32,000 bases of DNA, taken from contig NZ_LGHJ01000013.1 of the NCBI RefSeq assembly GCF_001306055.1, forward strand, positions 180,001 to 212,000, in the 5' to 3' direction. The stretch comes from Bellilinea caldifistulae (GTDB lineage Bacteria; Chloroflexota; Anaerolineae; Anaerolineales; Anaerolineaceae). The notes beneath the pieces are model-generated. The model worked only from the letters and a program-made list of their open reading frames with translations, was not told where the DNA came from and made no database searches. A program made the translations under genes and the position numbers. Positions 26,580 through 32,000 of this stretch are shown one piece after another. Each line of letters opens with the position of its first letter. Positions within the stretch are counted from its first letter, which is position 1.

Positions 26580-26888
26580 TTACTCCGCGCGACTTACGCG
26601 CCGGCCTTTCTGGCGCGGGGCGGTCTTGGGGTTAATCCGCCGCTGACGCACGGTCGTCTTGCCGGCATTGGGGCTCAGGATCAGAGACAATTGATTGAGG
26701 GCATTCAGGTCATATTCCCGCCGGCCACACACATCACATACCCACGCCGGAAAATCCGGCACGGTGATCAAATCCTCACCCAGCCAGGTGTAATATACCA
26801 CCCGCGTGCGGTGCATCTGGCCTGCCTGACATTCGCTGCAGGGGATGAAAAATTCAGAGGGGAGCATTCTATTGCGGTCAAACTTCAT
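26580..26888 (-). CDS. YgiT-type zinc-finger protein with basic C-terminal tail
   Basis: CSEC...(x)...ITVPDFPAWVCDVCGRREYD matches the YgiT/MqsA-N zinc-finger pattern. No HTH follows. The ATG overlaps the lepB stop (ATGA). Confidence 0.6.
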   Translation of the reverse strand: MKFDRNRMLPSEFFIPCSECQAGQMHRTRVVYYTWLGEDLITVPDFPAWVCDVCGRREYDLNALNQLSLILSPNAGKTTVRQRRINPKTAPRQKGRRVSRAE

Positions 26889-27481
26889 GGCTGATTCTTC
26901 GCAATCACGGTAATTTGGGTGGTCAATACCTTCATCTCTTCCAATGGCCAGTATACCACGAATGCCTTGCCAACGATATTTTCAACCGGAACAAATCCCC
27001 AGGTATGCGAATCCGAGGACTGATTGCGGTTGTCACCCAGCACAAAAACCTTTCCTTCTGGCACCTGCCAGGAACCGGTGTACATGGGCGGAGCGTTGAT
27101 ATAGGGTTCCTTCAGAGGATATCCATTGACTTTCACCAATCCGTCGGCGATCTCCACAACATCACCGGGCAAACCAATCACCCGTTTGATGTAGTCCTCC
27201 TGCGGGCTGTAATGAAAGACAACTATATCCCCCCGTTTGATTTCACCGAAACGGTAGGCCAGTTTATGCACCAGCACAAATTCACCCGGTTTGAGAGTCG
27301 GCTGCATGCTGATATTTTCGACTCGCACGCGCGCCACTACTGCGTCAATCGCAAAATACAACACAAACGCCAATAGCAGCGTTTGGAAAATCTCCCCCAA
27401 TGACTTCAACCAGGAAGAGGTCTTTTTTTCGCCAGTTTCGGGCGCTATTCCTTCACGCGGTTCAGGAATTGAAGATTGCAC
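26885..27481 (-). CDS. lepB: signal peptidase I
   Basis: SMQPTL (catalytic Ser), KRVIGLPGD (Lys box) and GDNRNQSSDSH. Confidence 0.92.
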   Translation of the reverse strand: MQSSIPEPREGIAPETGEKKTSSWLKSLGEIFQTLLLAFVLYFAIDAVVARVRVENISMQPTLKPGEFVLVHKLAYRFGEIKRGDIVVFHYSPQEDYIKRVIGLPGDVVEIADGLVKVNGYPLKEPYINAPPMYTGSWQVPEGKVFVLGDNRNQSSDSHTWGFVPVENIVGKAFVVYWPLEEMKVLTTQITVIAKNQP

Positions 27482-27538
27482 CGATCTCGCTCCACACCGA
27501 TAACTTGATTGGAAAACTTCTTATCATGATCTTTGTTG

Positions 27539-27567
27539 ATTATATGCCTGCCATCCAAAAGCGGCAA
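27539..27567 (-). promoter_or_regulatory. lepB promoter
   Basis: Minus strand reads TTGCCG, 17-nt spacer, TATAAT; about a 58-nt leader. Confidence 0.6.
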
Positions 27568-27570
27568 GGA

Positions 27571-28491
27571 TTAATCCCTACGCAAGCGAACCCCACAGGC
27601 TCGGCAGAAAATATCACCGCTTTCAGCCCGCCGCCCGCATTGATGACAATATACCACACTGCTGGTTTCTTCCATCACGCTTACCGCTGGCGAGCGTTTG
27701 TGGCGGTAACGCCGAGTGGACGGACTGGCTTCCCGGTCACGCCGGATAAAAAACCAAGAAACCAGCACGACCAGTAAAACCCCGCCAACCACCAGAATAA
27801 ATACCGGTAGAAGCCCGGAGGCCGAAGTTCGTCCAGGCGTGGTTTCATCCAGCGGCTGGGCCGGCTGAACCGGCAACATCCCCACCGAAAGCGAATCGTC
27901 GGCTTTTTCATAGCGCACATTGACTTTAAAGGTAGTGCCGGCATCCACTTTGCCCACCGGATTGGTAAAGTAGATAAAGCCATCACTAAGCCGCTGTCCG
28001 CCATCGAAACCGGGGTAAGCCTGCATTTTTTCGGCATTAGCCGGCTGCTGAACCGAAACAACCAGATTTTGAACGCTGAAATCGCCATTCCACTCATAGG
28101 TAAATTTTCTCAGCTGGCCTTCGCGTTCCAAACGAGGATCGTAGTACTCGACCTGCAAATTCGCCGAGGGGGTTGTAAAGTTGATCTGCAGCCAGTCACC
28201 GCGGACTTCGGTCGTGTAGGTCAGGTTATACAGCAAGCCGTCCACATCCTCCCATGCCACATTATACGGTGCGCCGGCCGCGCGGGGAAGGCGCAGGCTG
28301 ATCTGAGCCGGCAGACTGACACTGGCTGCCAGAGTGAGCCGGTAAATCACCAGCACATCCGGCCGGTCAAACTCCGGTAGAATTTGAATCACCACACTAT
28401 CCAGGGGTGTGTTACTCTGAGCCTGTACGGGTTGAGTGATCCACAACCCCAATAAAGCGATGAGGAGAATACCCTTCCGAAAAACCGACAT
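27571..28491 (-). CDS. type-I membrane protein: signal peptide, ~220-aa exodomain, TM, cytoplasmic zinc ribbon
   Basis: Signal peptide is ILLIALLGLWITQPVQAQ. TM is LLPVFILVVGGVLLVVLVSWFFI. C-terminus is CHQCGRRAESGDIFCRACG. ATG 28491 with GAAGGAA RBS (the listed start 28494 is TTG). Confidence 0.65.
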   Translation of the reverse strand: MSVFRKGILLIALLGLWITQPVQAQSNTPLDSVVIQILPEFDRPDVLVIYRLTLAASVSLPAQISLRLPRAAGAPYNVAWEDVDGLLYNLTYTTEVRGDWLQINFTTPSANLQVEYYDPRLEREGQLRKFTYEWNGDFSVQNLVVSVQQPANAEKMQAYPGFDGGQRLSDGFIYFTNPVGKVDAGTTFKVNVRYEKADDSLSVGMLPVQPAQPLDETTPGRTSASGLLPVFILVVGGVLLVVLVSWFFIRRDREASPSTRRYRHKRSPAVSVMEETSSVVYCHQCGRRAESGDIFCRACGVRLRRD

Positions 28492-28611
28492 CAAAGCCGT
28501 TCCTTCTTTGAAATATGGGTTATCTTACCATAATCTGTTCTTTTTTTGAAATCGCAGCACCTCAAAATCGAGTATAATTTTGAGGACTGGACAGGAAAGG
28601 AAGCAAGACCC

Positions 28612-29520
28612 TTGCGCCGAAGACGAACGGTCGAAGAACTCAGTGTCGAAGAGTTGAGGCAAATACTGGTGGAAAAGCGCCGGGCCGAACGCGAACAACG
28701 GCTGGAGCGCTTCCGCCGTACTGGCAGGGTGGTGCGGGTTGAACCTCAACCGAATGTTTCGGCATTCCAGTCCATCCAGCCGTTTGACGAGGTGGAAAGC
28801 GACTTTGAGCAGGCATCTCCCCGCCGTAAATCCAACCGCTGGTTGGATCGTCTATTGCTTTTCGTAGAAATTGCAGCGGTACTGGGACTGGCATTTGTGC
28901 TGCTCAACGGCATGAATCTGATTCGTAGTCTCAATCAAGAAGTGGCAGCCGCTTTGCAGCAGCCGACCTTCACCCCCACTCCGCTCATTCAGGCAGTGGT
29001 GCTGCCCTCCGGTCATACCCCGCCCAACTCGCCGGGCGGGGTACGCCCCAACGACGCCGAAATCCCCGAACACCTGCGTCCGCTGGTACAGACCTTTGCC
29101 AGCCTGCCGGTCCCCACTCCCAGCCCGGAACAAGCCGTCCGCATCCAGATCCCTGCCATTGGCGTGGATGCACCAGTCGTACAGGGAGACGGCTGGGAAC
29201 AACTCAAAAAAGGGGTTGGCACAATGATTGGCTCACCCAATCCGGGGCAGAAGGGCAATCTGGTGCTTTCAGCCCATAACGATGTCTTCGGTGAAATCTT
29301 TCGGGATTTAGACAAACTCAAAAAAGGCGACGAAATCATCATTTACACCAGCCAGCGGGCATTCGTCTATGTAGTCCAGCAATCTCAAATTGTGGAACCA
29401 ACCCGTGTTGAGGTACTTGCTCCTACTCGCGAGGCAGTGGTCACGTTGATTTCCTGTTACCCATACATGGTAGATACCCAGCGGATTGTAGTGACCGCTA
29501 ATTTTGTCGAACAAAGATAA
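28612..29520 (+). CDS. sortase (transpeptidase) with long charged cytoplasmic N-extension
   Basis: LVLSAHNDVFG (catalytic His), VVTLISCYPY (TLxTC-type Cys), QRIVVTA (Arg). TM is LLLFVEIAAVLGLAFVLL. Preferred start is TTG 28612 with GGAAAGGAAG 8 nt upstream; a TATAAT at 28573-28578 lies inside the longer 28546 reading. Confidence 0.85.
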   Translation: MRRRRTVEELSVEELRQILVEKRRAEREQRLERFRRTGRVVRVEPQPNVSAFQSIQPFDEVESDFEQASPRRKSNRWLDRLLLFVEIAAVLGLAFVLLNGMNLIRSLNQEVAAALQQPTFTPTPLIQAVVLPSGHTPPNSPGGVRPNDAEIPEHLRPLVQTFASLPVPTPSPEQAVRIQIPAIGVDAPVVQGDGWEQLKKGVGTMIGSPNPGQKGNLVLSAHNDVFGEIFRDLDKLKKGDEIIIYTSQRAFVYVVQQSQIVEPTRVEVLAPTREAVVTLISCYPYMVDTQRIVVTANFVEQR

Positions 29521-29543
29521 AAAATTTTAATGAGGAGTTTTGA

Positions 29544-29756
29544 ATGAGCAAGAAACAAAAACGCCGCGTTTCATCCAGCGAATCCATCAGTCGCGAAAGT
29601 CCTGCCAAAAGCAGCCAGGCTCCTACCGGGCGCTACTCAGCCAGCGCCGAGTTCAACCCGGATTACACCCCAATCATCAAGGACTTAAAACGAATCGGTG
29701 TTCTGGCCGGTTCTTTTATCGCGCTCCTGATAGTTTTGTCTTTCTTTTTGCGTTAG
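29544..29756 (+). CDS. small tail-anchored membrane protein (70 aa)
   Basis: GAGGAG lies 6 nt before the ATG. Basic/Ser-rich N-part, C-terminal TM VLAGSFIALLIVLSFFL. Preferred over the overlapping 73-aa frame. Confidence 0.55.
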   Translation: MSKKQKRRVSSSESISRESPAKSSQAPTGRYSASAEFNPDYTPIIKDLKRIGVLAGSFIALLIVLSFFLR

Positions 29757-29787
29757 GTTGACCGGACAGCCAAAGGTACCCCGTAAC

Positions 29788-30099
29788 TCAACCGCCGGTT
29801 GCAACCGCGACCAGTGTCAGGCGGTCACCATCTTTGGGCGTATCGTCCATCCGAAAGGCTGGCTGAGCCATCTCCCCGTTGATGATGAACAGGTTGGAAT
29901 TCAATAAGGACTTTTTATCATCCTGAATGATGATCCCAACCATATCCGGGTATCGCTCGGCCAGCCATTCAACGATTTGTCCGTAAGTAATCCCGCGTGG
30001 AAATTCCACTTCAATCGCCGGTGTACCGGCGATATATTTTGCCAGATTGGTGAATTCAATCGTAATCCGAATGGTATTTGGAAGGCTGGCGTTCATCAT
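29788..30099 (-). CDS. MoaD/ThiS-family ubiquitin-like protein ending in Gly-Gly
   Basis: 103 aa. The C-terminus ...INGEMA...DGDRLTLVAVATGG-stop fits the beta-grasp sulfur-carrier pattern. The ATG overlaps the upstream stop (TAATG). Confidence 0.7.
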   Translation of the reverse strand: MMNASLPNTIRITIEFTNLAKYIAGTPAIEVEFPRGITYGQIVEWLAERYPDMVGIIIQDDKKSLLNSNLFIINGEMAQPAFRMDDTPKDGDRLTLVAVATGG

Positions 30100-30428
30100 T
30101 ACTTAAAACAGAAAGAGAACAAAACAGCCCCCAGAGAAGTTCCCACCCACCAGTAATCCTGCATCACCTGGGGAAATGAAGTTGCCTGGCGGGCGGCCAA
30201 CCCCACCAGCATCAGAGCAACCGCAATTCCAACCAGCACCCAGCTGCGAATTTCATATCTTGGCTTGTTCGGGTCTGGCAGAGCAACTTTGGCGCCTTTT
30301 CCGGCCTTTTTGGCTTTAAGAGCCTGTTCGCGCTCCAGCCGTCGTTTTCTACCGCGCAGCATGGCCAGCCGCAGATAAAAGAATAACATGGCCACTGCCG
30401 TGATCACCAGTCCAAAATCAAATTTCAT
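30099..30428 (-). CDS. small hypothetical membrane protein (3 TM)
   Basis: Helices GLVITAVAMLFFYL, WVLVGIAVALMLVGL and WWVGTSLGAVLFSF, with a Lys/Arg-rich loop. ATGA overlap with the upstream gene. Confidence 0.6.
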   Translation of the reverse strand: MKFDFGLVITAVAMLFFYLRLAMLRGRKRRLEREQALKAKKAGKGAKVALPDPNKPRYEIRSWVLVGIAVALMLVGLAARQATSFPQVMQDYWWVGTSLGAVLFSFCFK

Positions 30429-30934
30429 TCCAATCCTCCAAAGTCCTTCTTCCAGACGTATTTGAGAACCGTATTGTAAAAAGTCTGCAGGGAAGGTTTT
30501 GGGCCTTCCTTTATCCGCAGCATTCTGCAGCGCGGCGTGATTTCTACAAACATCGTCCCGCTTTCACTCATTTCGGTTGGCACTTTTTCTAGTGCGAATA
30601 CACGGGTATTCGGCAGGCGCACCATCGGCAGGCGCTTTTCGGGCGTCTGCACCAGCGCCATCATGTAAAATTCATAATTGACCGTTGGAGTAGGCAAGCG
30701 CACCAATACTACCCGTGACTTTTTTTCCGGCACCTCGCGGAGTTCATATTGAGCGCCGGCAAATGAAGAGCATTTGGAATCATCCAGGCGCTCCCCCACA
30801 TGATCCCACCAGAATTTGAGGAACTTCAACCCATCCCGTTCAAGATATTCCAAAAAACCTTTGGTTTGAGAATGAAACAGAGTCGGCAGGGCTTCGTGGC
30901 AAAAGTTATAGTGCTGGCTCTTGTTTTTATCCAT
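30425..30934 (-). CDS. hypothetical cytoplasmic protein (169 aa), no recognised family
   Basis: Start moved to MDKNKSQ (GAGGAG lies 6 nt upstream), which removes the 26-nt overlap with the NmrA-like gene. Confidence 0.55.
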   Translation of the reverse strand: MDKNKSQHYNFCHEALPTLFHSQTKGFLEYLERDGLKFLKFWWDHVGERLDDSKCSSFAGAQYELREVPEKKSRVVLVRLPTPTVNYEFYMMALVQTPEKRLPMVRLPNTRVFALEKVPTEMSESGTMFVEITPRCRMLRIKEGPKPSLQTFYNTVLKYVWKKDFGGLE

Positions 30935-30944
30935 ATTCCGCTCC

Positions 30945-31823
30945 TCAATCAAGTTTTTGAATTTCTGCACTCAGAAATTCATCGAACGTGGTGGGGTTTC
31001 TCCCTAAAAGCATCCTCAAGACATTCGGGTTGCCGCGCATGCCGTAATTTTCGTAGTAAAGAAACATTTTCAACAGGGTATTGACCGCATATTCCGACAT
31101 GCCCCCCGCCAGCATTTTACGCTGCCAGGCATCACGGTCTATCTCTACTGCTTCAACGGGTTTCCCAAGATACTGAGAAAGCCTTTGAGCCGCTTCTCGG
31201 GCCGAGAGAGCTTCCGGGCCGCATAATTCGTAAATGGCACAGGAATGGGATTCTTCCAGCAGCACGCTCGCCGCGGCCTCGGCCACATCCGCTAAATCCA
31301 CCTGACTGAGCGGCGCATCAATCGAATAAGGAATGCCGTAAACCCCATCCCGCTCAATGGACTGCCAGTAGCCCAGAAGATTCTGCATGTAAACAGCCGG
31401 TTGAAGAATGGTAAAATCCACCCCACTGGTGAACAAGCGCTCTTCAACCCGCAGTTTCTGCCAGTGATGCGGCATTTCCTCCGCCTGGGGGTGCAGCACC
31501 GAATGATAAACAAACCGCAGCACTTCATTGGAACGGGCGGCCCGGATCAGGTTTTCGGCTATGCGCAGTTCATCCGGGTGCATGTTCGGCGGAATGTGAT
31601 AAACCACCCGGATTCCCCGCATGGCTCGCTCCGCCAGCGAAAAATCCAGCAGATCACCTACGATGAAGTCATCTACGCCCATCTGGCGGAGGGGCGCCGT
31701 GTTAGCATCCCGACGCACCCACGCCCGAAGTGCTGCGCCCTTCTCGATCAGCGCTGCACACACCGCCAGGCCGGTTTTACCGCCAGCGCCGGTTATAAGA
31801 ATTTTGTCGGTTTCACTCATCAT
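30945..31823 (-). CDS. NmrA-like / atypical SDR NAD(P)-binding protein
   Basis: ILITGAGGKTGLAVCAAL Rossmann motif at residues 8-25; overall NmrA-like length. Confidence 0.85.
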   Translation of the reverse strand: MMSETDKILITGAGGKTGLAVCAALIEKGAALRAWVRRDANTAPLRQMGVDDFIVGDLLDFSLAERAMRGIRVVYHIPPNMHPDELRIAENLIRAARSNEVLRFVYHSVLHPQAEEMPHHWQKLRVEERLFTSGVDFTILQPAVYMQNLLGYWQSIERDGVYGIPYSIDAPLSQVDLADVAEAAASVLLEESHSCAIYELCGPEALSAREAAQRLSQYLGKPVEAVEIDRDAWQRKMLAGGMSEYAVNTLLKMFLYYENYGMRGNPNVLRMLLGRNPTTFDEFLSAEIQKLD

Positions 31824-31838
31824 CGCGTATTATATTCC

Positions 31839-31877
31839 AAAAAGGCTCCCGATGTCCGGGTGACGACATCGGGAGCC
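31839..31877 (-). terminator. rho-independent terminator of a minus-strand gene lying beyond or at the window end
   Basis: Perfect 13-bp stem ggctcccgatgtc / gacatcgggagcc with an 8-nt loop. The minus strand continues TTTTT. Confidence 0.7.
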
Positions 31878-32000
31878 AGGTTAATTGGGTTGAACGCCGT
31901 TATAACCCTTGTTCAGCCCGTTTATCTCGTCAGCATCCCCAATCAGACGTTGGGATTGAGCCGTTCAACCGGGGGTTTCCAGACGTTGGTGATCAGGTTC

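Noticed and set aside
29540-29761. 73-aa ORF overlapping the 70-aa ORF in another frame
   Set aside because: It has a TTG start only 2 nt from the SD, and the protein has no hydrophobic or otherwise recognisable organisation. The ATG 29544 frame has ideal GAGGAG spacing and a clear TM tail.
31943-32000. Possible 3' end of a minus-strand gene (...NLITNVWKPPVERLNPNV-stop) and a 10-nt direct repeat CAGACGTTGG at 31944-31953 and 31980-31989
   Set aside because: Only about 18 codons are visible, so it cannot be assessed. A single 10-nt repeat is compatible with chance. The terminator at 31839-31877 does imply that a gene ends here.
1-32000. Scan for CRISPR arrays, IS or transposase genes, integrases, tRNA or rRNA genes and phage-defence cassettes
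   Set aside because: I saw no repeat-spacer periodicity, no long terminal inverted repeats, no recombinase, RT or nuclease-like ORFs and no tRNA-like cloverleaf regions in the few intergenic gaps longer than 100 nt. The window looks like core chromosome.

Overview
Chromosomal, mostly housekeeping window from a moderately GC-rich monoderm-type bacterium. My guess is Chloroflexota, Anaerolineae-like, based only on protein features: sortase and LPXTG, many Pro/Thr-rich linkers, and CIRCE. The window is densely coding, with about 37 CDS and no rRNA, tRNA, CRISPR or mobile elements. Recognisable genes are groES-groEL with a perfect CIRCE operator, trpS-dtd, infC-rpmI-rplT, trmD, lepB, a phosphohexomutase, a small phosphoglycosyl transferase, a PpiC-type PPIase lipoprotein, a macro-domain/TrmH/DUF711 operon, an MFS transporter, an orphan BMP-family binding lipoprotein, a sortase and two tandem TPR proteins. 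Points worth a second look: (1) a SelW/Rdx-type selenoprotein whose in-frame UGA lies in a CxxU motif and was split by the ORF caller, with a hairpin downstream; (2) a tightly packed five-gene envelope operon (1-5630) built around an orphan MutL/GlmL-like actin-fold ATPase and ending in an LPNTG-anchored protein; (3) a translationally coupled four-gene operon ending in a MoaD/ThiS-like protein with a C-terminal GG but no E1 or MoaE partner; (4) at least five genes whose -10 box sits 5-7 nt from the ATG, suggesting leaderless mRNAs, including two palindromic shared -10 boxes; (5) infC starting at AUU. All calls come from reading the sequence and motif recall; no searches were run.
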